Origin: Takakia lepidozioides
Taxonomy: Eukaryota; Plantae; Bryophyta
DNA length: 64,000 nucleotides
Direction of reading: 5' to 3'
Assembly (NCBI GenBank): GCA_030704615.1
Contig: CM060731.1
Coordinates: 2,604,001-2,668,000 of the forward strand
The notes beneath the pieces were generated by a model. It had not been told where the DNA came from. It did not search any database and was given only the letters and a program-made list of their open reading frames with translations. This document shows, one piece after another, positions 51,931 to 64,000 of the stretch; the stretch's first letter is position 1; every line of letters begins with the position of its first letter. A program made the position numbers and the translations under genes.

Positions 51931-52449
51931 TGCATGGCTGAGCAACGGAGGTTGCAGACAGTGGTGGCTACTTCTGCACTCCCATTTGGTATTGTATCCC
52001 CTCTGCCAACCGGGACGGTTGGGCAGTGAGTGGGGGCGAGCACAGGATCATGGGGTGCAAACACCCATGGCAGATGTGGGATGAGATGCGGAAAGAGAGA
52101 GTCCTTGGATCTCTCAAGCAGCAATATGAGGAGTGGGGAGAGCCATACACTGAGGATCAGTTGGAGGCCAAGGTGGCCAATTTTTGAAGAGGTTGAGAAT
52201 GTTTCTTCCCAGAGGATGTTCTCAAGGTGGTTATGGAGCAAGTGGAGGCTACGCCACAGTCAGATTGGGCGGACAAGGCCCAAGAGGTTGCTATCTAGCA
52301 ACCAAAGGATTCGTCTCCTACCCCCAAGCCTGATGTACCCAAGGTTGCAGTCACTGAGGACAATTGGGAACCAGATGTTGGACCTACAGTCACCGGAGGA
52401 GAGAGACGGAGGATCCAGCGATTTCTAAGGGCTTATAGAAATTGCTTTG

Positions 52450-55410
52450 CCTTCGGTTTGAAGGATTTGGGGAGTTTGAAGGGTCAGGAGATTCGTATTG
52501 ATTTGGCAAGTGACACGCCAATCTTTCGAAGGCCCTACCGGTATAGTGACATGGAGAGGTCATTGATCCAGTCACGGACTATGGAGTTGTTCAAAGCTGG
52601 ATTGGTGGAGTTGTCAGGCGGGGAGTATGCCTCGGCAACGGTGATGCCAGCTAAGAAGGATATCTATGGCAATTGGACAGAAAGAAGGATGTGTGGGACT
52701 ATCGTCCTGTGAACCGTCAGACTAAGTCCGATAGATATGCCATGCCAACTCCAGAGGAAATCTTTGATGCCATTGGGCATGCGAAGGTGTTTAGCACATT
52801 GGACTTGCGATCCGGTTACCACCAGTTGCCAATCAAAGAGGCTGACAAGCAAAAGACGACATTCTGGGGGATTGACCAACATGGGAAGGATTGCTTGTAC
52901 CAATGGCGCTTCCTACCGTTTGGGTTGAAGAATGCTCCTCAGAGTTTCAGAGGGTTATGGATAGGATTCTCGCGGGGCTAGACTTTGCCCGGTGTTACAT
53001 TGATGACATCATCGTCTTTAGTGCTACGGTTGAGGAGCATGAGAGACACCTTCAGTGGTGTTTGAGCGCTTGAGAGCGCATGGGTTGAAATTGCACCCTG
53101 GGAAGTGCAAGTTCTTCCACAACCAGATTGAGTATCTGGGCCACATGATATACCCTGGAGGATTGGGTGTTCAAAAGACAAAGGTGGAGGCCATTGCACG
53201 CATTCCACGCCCATAGATGTTAGCAGAGTTCGTGCTTTCATGGGTTGGCAAACTACTATCGACGGTTTGTCAAGGGATTTAGCAGCATTGCAAAGGCTCT
53301 TACTAAGTTGACCAAGGTGGGTCAGGAGTGGCAGTGGGAGGAGGAGCAGGAGGAAGCCTTTGAGGAACTCAAGGCTCGATTGACTTCTGCACCTATTCTG
53401 AGGCGGCCTATTCGGGGGCGGCCTTTCCAGCTACATACGGATTGGAGTATGCTGGGGATTGGAGCAGTGCTCACACAGATGGATGATGAGGGAAGAGAGT
53501 TCGTAGTGGCATATGCTAGCCGCTCAAACAATGATGCCGAGGCGAAGTATAGTTCCTATGAAGGGGAGTGTCTAGCTGCGGTATGGGCAGTGGCACATTT
53601 CAGATGCTACCTCTATGGCAATCTCTTCACCCTTGTCACGGATCACCAACCATTGAAGTGGTTGATGGAGTCAGACAAGCTTACAGAAGCTTGCACGGTG
53701 GGCACTTATGCTTCAAGAATACGACTTTCAGTGGTGCATCGAGCCGGTATTGTCAATCGGGATGCAGATGGATTGAGTCGTAATCCATGCACGAGCGCAT
53801 GATGATACTGGAGCTCGGTGGCATGGTGAGACGGATGAGGAGATGGTGCCAGGATGGCATGCATCTGCTTTTTGTGCATCCTAGCAATGGGAGCTCAAGC
53901 TGGTCCATCCCATAGCATTGGTCATGTAGATGGTGTGCATGACAATCGGGAGATCAGTGAGGAGCTTGGTGGTGCTAAGGATGTGCATGAAGATGCAGCA
54001 GTGCTGGCCTACCTTCGTACTAAAGAGACAGCAGCCAGTGTGACTGCTAAGGAGAGAGATCGGATCTTACAACGAGCCAAGAGGTTCAAGTGGGAGGGGA
54101 CTCACCTACTCCGAGTATAGGAGGATGGACGTGAGGATTGTGCCTCATCCAACACAACGAGCGCGATTGGTACGCCATGCCCATGAGGAGTTGGGACATT
54201 TTGGGGTGCGGCGCACTCATAGTTTGCTGCAAGGACAGTACTGTGGCGGGGCATGCACACGGATGTGCAACAGTTAGTGGCAAGGTGCATGGTGTGTGAT
54301 AGAGTGCGAACTTCTTTCAATGCACCTACTCCACAATTGCATCATTTACCCATTATGGGTTTGGGCTATCGTTGGAGTCTTGACTTCGCAGGCCCATTGC
54401 CACTAACGATTCGCCATAACAAGTATGTGCTGGTGATGGTGGAACATTTCTCCAAGTGGATTGAACTGGTGGCATTGCCTAACAAGGCAAGTGAGGGGGC
54501 TGCGTATGCATTCTTAGATCGAGTGCTTAGCCAATTTGGTGCTCCAGCCGAGGTACTCACGGACCAGGGGAGAGAGTTCTTGGTGTGAGCAAGCCTTGAT
54601 AGATCACCGCACTACTTCTCAGGATCATTCCGAGGCTGATGGCCTGGCAGAGAGGGTTGTACAAACAGTCAAGCGAGGCTTGCGCAAGTATGGCTTGCAG
54701 AAGGGACACTTAGGAGATTGGGACCTTCAGCTACCTTGGTTGGCCATGGGCTACAGGTTTAGCAAACAAGCATCACTTGCCTCGTTCTCGCCTTATTTCC
54801 TTCTCTTTGGCCGAGAGCCAGATTTGCCTGCATCTATTCGCAGGGAGACTGCAGTAGTTTTCAACCTTGATGATCTGGATGTGTGGACACAAGCATGTGC
54901 CCAGCGGGCAGAGTTGTTCAAGAGAGTCATGCCTATGGCTTTTGAAAACCTTGCTATTGCCCAACATCGAGACACATTGAGGTACATCACTATACGTGGA
55001 GGGGGATATCGGCCAGGTATTCGGCGTTTCCACCTTGGGGACTATGTGTATCTGTAACAGACAATGCCTACAACTTTGGATGTCACAGCAGGGCGTGTGA
55101 TTCTAAGGGTCCGAGAGGTGTTGCCTTCAGGAGTGTTGATTCTGGAGGGTCGAGATGGCATGGTATGGAAGGACCATGTGCGCAATTGTGCGCCATGTCA
55201 CCTTCCACATGTGGATGGAGGATAGATCCCAACCTTGCAGTGGTACCTGCAGGGTTGCGTTGCATGCTATGTGGGCATGCTGGTGGTGCCGCGACCATGT
55301 TGGTGTGTGACAAATGCTCAAGGGGGTGGCACATGGGATGCTTGACACCGCCACTTGAGGAGGTTCCTAGTGGAGAATGGTTGTGTCCACGATGCCTTGG
55401 ACATAGGTAA
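52450..55410 (+). pseudogene. Reverse transcriptase, RNase H, integrase and C-terminal PHD finger
   Basis: LDLRSGYHQ, LPFGLKNAP, YIDDII, LHTDWS, TDHQPL, WSLDFAGP, LTDQGREF, GLAER; CMLC...CDKC...WHMGC...WLCPRC (C4HC3). Confidence 0.92.
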
Positions 55411-55555
55411 TGAGCATGACAATGGTGGAATTGACAAGTGATCCAAGGTCTAGCTGATGGGAGCTCAATGCCATGGATACTTAATTGAAGATCATGGATT
55501 GCAGGAAGGCAAGTTACAGTGGGGCTACTTTTGCACCTGGCCTCTTGATCTATTG

Positions 55556-56085
55556 TGTCGTGCGCATACATATCGCTACACAACTACATCGCTGTCCAAA
55601 CCACACCACACATATATGCACAATAAAGTAGTCTGCCACAATGATAAACAAGCTAAAAAGGACACACACTCTCAACACAAGAAATATGAAATCCATCGCT
55701 ATCACTCTTTAAAATAGAAGTCAAGCCAGGGGCACCCCACTCTATGGGGACTCCACCCCACAACAACTTACACTCCCATCATAAGCACACTAAGATCTAA
55801 ACGCATGAAGGAGCTCGGTCGCGCAAGCTCAACTCGAGAGAGATGAGCTGCGCGACTGCCGCTCTCGTGAAGATAAGACGGTTCAGGTGTCAAACTAAAC
55901 TTGATACCTGATTTAACACTTGACCTAAATCCAAGTGTTAAATACAAATAACTAGCTTTATTCTAGTTGTTTTCACACTGTGCTTATTTAACTTGACAGC
56001 TGTCGTGCGCATACATATCGCTACACAACTACATTGCTGTCCAAACCACACCACACATATATGCACAATAAAGTAGTCTGCCACA
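55556..56085 (-). repeat. Two 85-bp TG...CA direct repeats (55556-55640, 56001-56085) flanking a 360-bp LTR 5' fragment
   Basis: The repeats differ at one base. On the minus strand a PPT-like CTAGGGGGGCGAT precedes the 56085 copy. The middle part is similar to 4370-4470. Confidence 0.8.
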
Positions 56086-56341
56086 ATCGCCCCCCTAGCT
56101 AGTGGATAGGTCCCTCTACCTCCAGATAGCTACAAGATGTAATAGCCACAGCCGTACTAAGTCCTCTATCACTGTCCCTATTGCACTCAAACCCTATAGA
56201 CCAAGAGGCCGGGTACAAGAGTAGCCCATCGTTAGTCGCCGTCTTGCAATCTGTGAACTTGAGCCAGGACCTCGTGTGTTCAAGGTCTCCTAGCTGGGCC
56301 TTGCGTTTCTTGTTAGCCTTCCATGGTTGTATCCACTCCCA

Positions 56342-59255
56342 CTATCCAATGCAATGTGGACATAACCAATCCCCATCCGGAACCATCTCAAGAGGTGGAG
56401 TCAAGCATCCCATATGCCAACCTCTAGAGCATCGATCACACACCAGCATGGTGGCTACCCCCCTAGCAGACCCACACAACATGCACCTCAAACCTGCAGA
56501 TACCACTGCCAAGTTTGGGCCTATCCTGCCATCGACATTCGGAAGGTGACATGGCACAATTACGCACATGGTCCTTCCAAGTTATGTCATCCCGACCCTC
56601 CAACCAAGACGCCTGAGGGCAAGACCTCTCGAACCCTCAAAATAACACGTCCTGCAGTCACATCCAAGGTCGTAGGAGCAGTTTGTTGCACATAGACATA
56701 GTCACCAGGGTTGAATCTCCGAACCCCAGGACGATAGCCCCCACCACGTATGGTAGCATACCTCAACGTATCACGGTGTTGTGCAATGGCAAGGTTCTCG
56801 AAAGCCATGGGCATGACTCTCTTGAACAACTCTGCACGCTGCTCACATGCACGTGCCCACACGTCCGGATCGTCAAGGTTAAGAACTGTAGCAGCTTCTC
56901 TGCGAATGGATGTAGGCAAATCCGGCTCTCGGCCAAAGAGAAGAAAGTATGGTGAGAAGGAGGCAAGTGATGCTTGCTTGTTGAACCTGTAGCCCATGGC
57001 TAACCAGGGTAACTGAAGGTCCCAATCTCCTAGGTGTCCCTTCTGCAAGCCATACTTGCGCAAACCCCTCTTTACTGTCTGAACAACTCTCTCTGCCAAG
57101 CCATCGGCCTCAGGATGATCCCGAGAAGTGGTGCGGTGGTCTATCAAGGCCTTGTCACACAAAGCCTGAAACTCCCCCAAGAACTCTCTCCCTTGGTCTG
57201 TGAGTACCTCAGTTGGAGCACCGAATCGGCTAAGCACACAATCCAAGAATGCATACGCAGCTCCCTCACTAGCCTTATCAGGCAATGGAACCAATTCAAT
57301 CCACTTGGAGAAGTGCTCCACCATCACCAACACGTACTTGTTGTGGCGCATGGTCAGTGGCAACGGCCCTGCGAAGTCAAGACTCCACCTGTAGCCCAAT
57401 CCCATGATCGGAAAAGGGTGCAATTGTGGAGTAGGGGCGTTGAATGAAGCACGCACCCTGTCACACACCATGCACCTAGCCACAAATGTTGCACCTCTGT
57501 GTGCATACCACGCCACCAATACTGCCCCTGCAGTAGATTATGAGTGCGTCGCACCCCAAAATGCCCCAACTCCTCATGGGCATGCCGCACTAACCGTGCC
57601 CGCTGTTTGGGTGAGGCACAATCCTCACTCGACCATCCTCCCACACTCGGAGCAGGTGTGTCCCCTCCCACTTAAACCTCTTGGCTCGTTGTAGGATCCG
57701 ATCCCTCTCCTTGGCAGTCACAGTGGCTGCAGTGTCTCCAGTGCGGAGGTAGTCCAGCACAATTGAATCCTCATGTATATCTTTGGCGCCACCTTGCTCA
57801 TTGCTGGCCTCAGGGTCCTCACACACTTGATCTACAGTCATCCCTGTTGCAGGTCCAACCTGGCCTTCCGCTGCCAAGATACACAGAAATGCAGATGCAT
57901 GCCATCCGGGCACCATCTCCTCGTCCGTCTCACCATGCCACCGAGCTCCAGTGTCATCCTGCTGGCTCGTGCATGGATTGCAACTCAACCCATCTGCATT
58001 GCGATTGACCAAACCCGGTCGATGCACCACCTGAAAGTCATACTCTTGAAGGCTGAGTGCCCACCGTGCAAGCTTCCCTGTAAGCTTGTCTGACTCCATC
58101 AACCACTTGAGTGGTTGGTGATCCGTGACAAGGGTGAAGAGATTGCCGTATAGATAGCACCTGAAGTGTGCCACGGCCCACACTGCAGCTAAGCATTCTC
58201 CCTCATATGAGCTATACTTAGACTCTGCAGCATTGTTCGAGCGGCTAGCATAAGCCACTACGAACTCTCTTCCCTCATCAGCCACCTGTGTGAGCACCGC
58301 TCCAAGCCCCAACATGCTCCAATCTGTATGCAGCTGAAAAGGACGCCCCCTGATAGGTCGTCTCAAGATGGGTGCCGAGGTCAACCTCGCCTTGAGCTCT
58401 TGAAAAGCTTGTTCTTGCTCATCTTCCCACTGCCACTCCTGGTCCACCTTGGTCAGCTTGGTTAGAGCCTTTGCAATGGCACTAAATCCCTTAACAAACC
58501 GTCTGTAATAGTTTGCTAGGCTCGAACTCGGTTCACATCCGTGGGGCGTGGAACCTGTGCAATGGACTCTACCTTAGTCTGCTGTACCCCCAATCCTCCA
58601 GGATATATCATGTGACCCAGATACTCAATCTGGTTGTGGAAAAACTTACACTTTCCCGGATGTAACTTCAATCCGTGCGCCCTCAAGCGCTCAAATACCC
58701 CCTGAAGGTGTCTCTCATGCTCCCCCACCGTAGCACTAAAGATGATGATGTCATCTATGTAGCACCGAGCAAACTCCACCCCTGCTAGAATCCTGTCCAT
58801 GACTCTTTGAAACTCAGCGGAGCGTTTTTAAGCCCAAATGGTAAGAACCGCCACTGGTATAGGCAATCTTTCCCGTGCTCATTGATCCCCCAGAATGCCG
58901 TCTTTTGCTTATCCGCCTCCTTGATCGGCAACTGGTGATATTCGGATCGTAAATCCAACGTGCTAAAGACCTTGGAATGCCCAATGGTATCAAAGATCTC
59001 CTCTGGTGTCGGCATGGCATACCTATCGGACTTGGTCTGACAATTTACAGGCCGGTAATCACCGCACATACGTCTCTCCGTCCAATTGCCATAGACATCC
59101 TCTTGGCTGGCATCACTGTGGCTGAAGCATACTCTCCACCAGAGAGCTCCACCAAACCTGCCTCCCAGAGATCTTGAGTCCTCATCTGAATCAAAGACCT
59201 CTCCATGTCACTGTATCTATAGGGTCTCCGAAAGATTGGCGTGTCAGTGGCTAAC
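56342..59255 (-). pseudogene. Second, inverted copy of the PHD-Gypsy pol (RT, RNase H, integrase, PHD)
   Basis: ORFs 58785-59069, 58516-58800, 57590-58447, 56587-57519 and 56342-56569 parallel 52500-55410. Confidence 0.92.
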
Positions 59256-59281
59256 TCTCCGTTGCTCAGCCATGCACAAGC

Positions 59282-59612
59282 CAATTATTTCACAGTTGAA
59301 GGCATTTTGGACCAAGGGAGGCAACCACAGAGAGTGCGACATGATGATCGTCCACCTCTAGCAGTGGTCAATCAAGTGGGGCAGCCACGTGCGGCCTTGC
59401 CTACGCTCATGAGCTTTCCCTCGTCTCATGCTTTCCAAGACAATGGTCCTGGGTTGATTTGGGACAGTGTGCTACAGCAATTGGTGGAGCCCAATGCGGA
59501 TGAGCGAGAGCGGGTAATGGGATTTCTCACCAGCACTACAGATGTGCCAGCTCTGTCAGAGGCATCATGCCGCCAAGTGTTGGGTCAAGCAATGGATTTA
59601 AATTGCTTGACA
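59282..59612 (+). pseudogene. Isolated DNMT C-terminal fragment (motifs IX-X)
   Basis: Near-identical to ~51590-51917: ERERVMGF...RQVLGQAMDLNCL. Confidence 0.85.
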
Positions 59613-61038
59613 GTTGAAGAGGAACATCGAACGCCAACCTTGTCGCCAATTGCGGTTCTCCTTTGGCAGAACGCACCTCAATAGATGCCCCCACGTCACT
59701 TGTCGGGAGTCCCAGCTTTTGTGCCGTTGCCGGTGTCATGAAGGAGTGTGATGCTCCTGTGTCCACCAACAACGACACGTTAGTTCCGGATATTATCCCA
59801 TCCACGAACAATAACTGACTCCCTTTACGTAAGGCGTCACTTTCCTGATACAACTCACAAGAAAATTTGCCTACCTTGCAAGTCCTGGTGACCACTGCTT
59901 CCACCAAGCGAGTGATGGTATCTTCCGACAGCTCTGTGGTCGCCCGAGTCATGTTCAATTGCCGGGGCTTCGGGCACTTCTTGGCCATGTGCCCGGGCTC
60001 CCCGCAATTGAAACACACTCCATCAAAGGTCGCCTTCTGTCCGCCATAGGCCGCTCCACCCACTTTTCCTTTCGAAGCACCGGGTGCCGCCTTGACTTGT
60101 GAAGGCCCTCCCTTTGATTTCCATGTGCCATTGTTGCCGCGTGGCCTATCCCACTTCTTTTCCGGTCGGAAGGAGTCACCTTCCCGCCGGGTCTTCTTGT
60201 GGTTCAGCTCCGTACGGCCTTGCCTTTCACCCTTAGGGACATCCGAGAAACATTCAGCCCTCTCAATTGCCTCGTTCAAAGTCTTAGGTGGCTTCTCCTC
60301 CAACTTTCGCCTGGCCCATGGGGCCAGTCCTGCCACAAAGTTGAAAACCATTTCTGGTTCTACCATGTCCGCGACTTCGAGCAACAGCACATTGAAAGCC
60401 TGGACATATCCCCGAATGTCATCTGTTTGCTTCAAATTCCTCATCTTGTCCCGGGCGAGCCAGGACGCGTTGAGGGGCACAAATTGCCTCTTCATCAATT
60501 CCTTGAACCCACTCCAGTTCAAGGTTTCCGGGCTTGGACCTCGGTCGTGAAGGTGTTTCTGCCACCATTGTTGAGCATAGCCCCTAAAATAGGTGGGAGC
60601 CACTTCCACCCGATCCTCGTCACTCAACTTGGCCGCCCGGAAGTACTGCTCTAGCTCCAAGAGCCAGGTGTTGAGTGCCTTCCGATTTCGGACGCCCTCA
60701 AAGGTGTCGGGTTCCTTAGGCTTCACCTTAAACTTTGCCTTAGTGGAAGTGGCATTAGCCGCCTTCAACACGTCTTTCAACGACCCGCCAAATTGCGCCA
60801 ACAACCCTTCCCAAAAGGCCGCCGGCATGGGAGGCATCTATTGGTCGGTCGGAGCTCTCAGGGATTCCTCAGGCTCCGACTCCTCATATTCCTCCCGCTC
60901 TTGAGCGGCCTTGTTTTCGGAAACATGCATCGCTTCCTCAAACGGCCGCCTCGGTGACACGTCGCCCCCATCGGGCTCACCGGGATCATCATCTTTTAGG
61001 CCGTTCCGCTTTCGCTTTGGCTTGCCCGACCCCATGAT
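59613..61038 (-). pseudogene. Chromovirus gag and protease (truncated)
   Basis: KPKEPDTFEG, LKQTDDIRGY, CFNCGEPGHMAKKC and LLVDTGASHSF. Confidence 0.9.
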
Positions 61039-61076
61039 GAGGCCAATCCCAAGGACAATCGCGTACTGAACTCTAA

Positions 61077-61088
61077 GCTCTGATACCA
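61077..61088 (-). promoter_or_regulatory. Primer binding site for initiator tRNA-Met
   Basis: TGGTATCAGAGC on the minus strand, 2 nt after the LTR end. Confidence 0.9.
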
Positions 61089-61090
61089 AG

Positions 61091-61820
61091 TGTCGCGCAC
61101 CTCACTTCGGTAAGCTCCCCCCTCAAGTCATAGTTACTCGCTTGATGCGCTCGCCTAACTCCCAACCTGGCCGCCGGGCCAACTTGGAGCTCCGGCTGCT
61201 CACCGGGGCATAACGGTCCCCCTTTGATCTCCCAAAGAACCCTCCAACAGTTTGGAACCAGCGGAATTCCCTTTGGTAGTTGGCAGTCCGGAACAGCTCC
61301 CCACTCTTTGGTCACTTTCCGGCTCGCTCGCTTACTCACTAGTTTTTGGTCATCAACGGGCTTGCACCGTTCTCGGGGTTACTACTCCCTATATATACTT
61401 CTGTAGCTGTCCGCGGGGGTTTCACAAACAAAAAACCATGCCATTTTATGGCGAACCACCACAAACACCCTCGACTCCCGGTGATGAGTCGCGGTGAGTC
61501 TTGGCCCACCCACCACGGCCCCTATGGACCGTGATGAGTCCCAAGACTCCCCACGACTCCCACCACGAGGTCTCCGCCCCAGGGTGAGTCCTATGCCACC
61601 CCCACTAAGTCCCGCTAAGCTACCACCACCCCTTGTGGAGCCACCCCCACCGCAACCCGGTGTGCGGGGCTCCACCTAGTGAGTGCCTCCGCCTCCTTGA
61701 GTGCCTTGGGCACTCAAGGGTGCTTCAGCCCCCCATACCTATCGCTGCCACTGCCCCCACCACAGGGGCAGCCCCTCTTGTGTCCCAACCCCCCTGCCCT
61801 CAAGGCAAAGGGCCGCGACA
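61091..61820 (-). mobile_element. Chromovirus 5' LTR
   Basis: TGTCGCG...CGCGACA ends; repeat of 19290-20012; adjacent PBS. Confidence 0.9.
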
Positions 61821-61849
61821 GCTCGTGTTTTGAATTGACGTCAAGCAAG

Positions 61850-62830
61850 ATGGAGTATGTCACTAGCAAGGTTTGATTTTGTTATTACATACCGTCCCGG
61901 ACACCTTCAAGGAAAACCAGATGCTCTTAACAATCGTATCTTGCGCCAAAAGAAAGGGAACTAGCAGATTATATGCTCGCGATACTACTCACGCAGTGGC
62001 GAGGAAACAGAAGAACAGAGAGTAATCCATCATCTTGAAACCAGCAAATCTCCAATTGAATATGCTATCCATGTCCATCTATGACAATGCATAGATCATA
62101 AAGGAGATTCAGGAAGCACTGAAGAGCGACCAATTTGCTACGACACTATGAAGTCAACTAAATCAATCTCGAGACAACCCACACGTTACAAACGACTTCG
62201 AATTCAAAGATTACTTACTTTATTTTAAGGGATTTCTCTATGTACCTCCAGGACCTACACAACTGCAAATTCTTCAAACATGTCATGATCTTCCGGCTGT
62301 AGGACATTTCGGCTTCAACAAAACAAAGGAATTGATATCCAGGGACTATTGGTGGCCGTAGATGTGGAAACTCGTTAAAGAAGTTATAAAATCTTGCGAC
62401 ATGTGTGCTAGAGCGAAGGGACCATGACATCGACCTTACGGCCTTCTTCAACCATTACCCATTCCCAAGGGGCCATCATCGTCCGTGTCTATGGACTTTA
62501 TTACAGACCTTTCAAGTTCCAAGACCACCGATTCAATCCTTGTTATTATAGATCGTTTTACGAAGATGACACATTTCATTCCATGTAAAAAGACGGTTAC
62601 CGGCGACCAAATTTTGGAGCAGTATCTTCGCTGTACGATAAATTATCACCAAGATAATTGGACGGATCTTCTGTCATTGACTGAGTTTGCCTACAACAAC
62701 ACTATACATTTCTTCGACCAAGCAAACTCCATTTTTTTCCAATTATGGTCATCATCCCCGAGCAAACCCTTTCCACATGAAGACTGTTGGAGGCCCTGCT
62801 GTAGAAAACTTTGCTACTCATCTTGCTACG
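61850..62830 (+). pseudogene. Degenerate Ty3/Gypsy integrase region of another element
   Basis: CHDLPAVGHFG...CDMC, GLLQPLPIP, SMDFITDL, IIDRFTKM and EFAYNN, with stops and deletions. Confidence 0.8.
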
Positions 62831-62899
62831 ACCACATTTTGTTGAGCTATATTGATGAACATTTCACATGCATCCTTTATGCTCCTACATTTGAAATGC

Positions 62900-64000
62900 A
62901 TTTCAGCAAAAGCAGTCTCCAGAATGGTATCTGATGCAATTCCAACAATGTTGATGTCAGCATGGACCATTCTGCCCCTGTCCCAGGGCAGCCAGGCTAG
63001 CACAAGCGCCGAGAATGCACATGAACGTGACTTCGACAAGAGCAGTCTCCAAGATGACATCTGGTGAGATTCCAGCTTTGATCAGTTCAACATGGACCTC
63101 TTTGCTCTATTCTCAGTTTCCTAGGCTGGCACGTTGTTAGGCATCAACCCTTTGTGCGTCATTTGCTCATACATCCCAAGGGCCTCTCTACCACACCTAA
63201 GCTGAGTATATCCTGCGGTCATTGCACTCCATGTTACTTCATTTTGTTCAGTCATATTGTCGAACACTCCCTTCGCATCCTCAATGCACCCACATTTGGC
63301 ATACATATCCACCAGAGCACTGTTCATAATGACATCTGGTACAATTCTAGCTTTGACAATGTCACCATGAACCTCTTTGCCCTTCTCTAGGGCTGCTAGG
63401 CTTGCACATGTATGTCAAACACCAACAAACGTCAGGCTTCACCCCTTCCCACATCATACGCTCGTAGGTCTTTATAGCCTCCATCCCGCGCCCCTGCTGT
63501 GCATATCCTGCGATCATGGCACTCCAAGACACCACATCTCGATCGGCCATATGGTCGAACACTCCCTTTGCATCTTCACTACTCCCGCATTTGGCATACG
63601 TCCACGAAGGAATTCTTCATGATGACATCTGGAATAATTCCAGCTTTAATGTCCAGGGCTGCCAGTCGCGCACACGCATTGCAAACACATACAAAAGTAA
63701 CCTGGTCTGGCTTCACACCTTCCCGTATCATTTGCTCATAGGTTTCCAAAGCCTCGACCCTGGCACACCCATGCTATGTATATCCTACAATCATTGCACT
63801 CCAGGACACCACCTCACGTTCCGATATTTTGTTGAACACTCCCTTTGCAGCCTCGATGCTCCCACATTTGGCATACATGTTCATCAGGGCAGTGTTCAGA
63901 ATGACATCTGGTGCGATTCCAGCTTTGACAATGTCTCCATGGACCTCTTTGCCCTTTTCCAGGGCTGCCAATTGCGCACACGCATTGCAAACACAAATGA
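62900..64000 (-). pseudogene. PLS-class pentatricopeptide repeat gene remnant
   Basis: Repeated LVDMYAKCG.IE.AKGVF...VSWSAMI.GY motifs with frameshifts and stops. Runs off the window end. Confidence 0.85.

Larger units (their letters stand above)
22282..55555 (+). mobile_element. Ty3/Gypsy retrotransposon with C5-DNA methyltransferase and PHD finger; 5' LTR interrupted by MULE B; 3' end truncated
   Basis: LTR-like sequence from TGTCATGG (22282) to CCGCAACA (48036), split at the AACCTCACT TSD. gag-PR-DNMT-RT-RH-IN-PHD follows at 48100-55410. Confidence 0.75.

Overview
This window is a transposon nest from a land-plant genome; PLS-class PPR remnants lie at the right end and no intact host gene is present. 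Main components: (i) two divergent copies (families A and B) of an intron-containing gene fusing a ParB/Srx-like N-terminal domain (DGNHR) to a beta-class DNA amino-methyltransferase-like domain. Family B sits inside a Mutator-like element (MULE, 22417-45237) with TIRs, a perfect 9-bp TSD and a GCM-like/MULE/SWIM transposase. (ii) Each family carries its own palindrome in introns and intergenic DNA (A: TCAACCTTGCGT-CA-ACGCAAGGTTGA; B: GAAATGCGG-CA/CG/TG-CCGCATTTC), and the two share a TGCG-N-(CA)-N-CGCA core. This is the candidate new system: a transposon-borne ParB/parS-like loading module coupled to a methyltransferase fold. (iii) Ty3/Gypsy elements with a DNMT3-like C5 methyltransferase between protease and RT and a PHD finger after integrase. 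(iv) A split chromovirus, CACTA fragments, a second MULE transposase fragment, a 1.9-kb non-autonomous MULE and a solo-LTR fragment. Most ORFs are broken. The dense single-base indels at about 35-43.5 kb and 48-54.6 kb may be partly uncorrected read error. All domain calls come from motif recognition by eye, not from searches.
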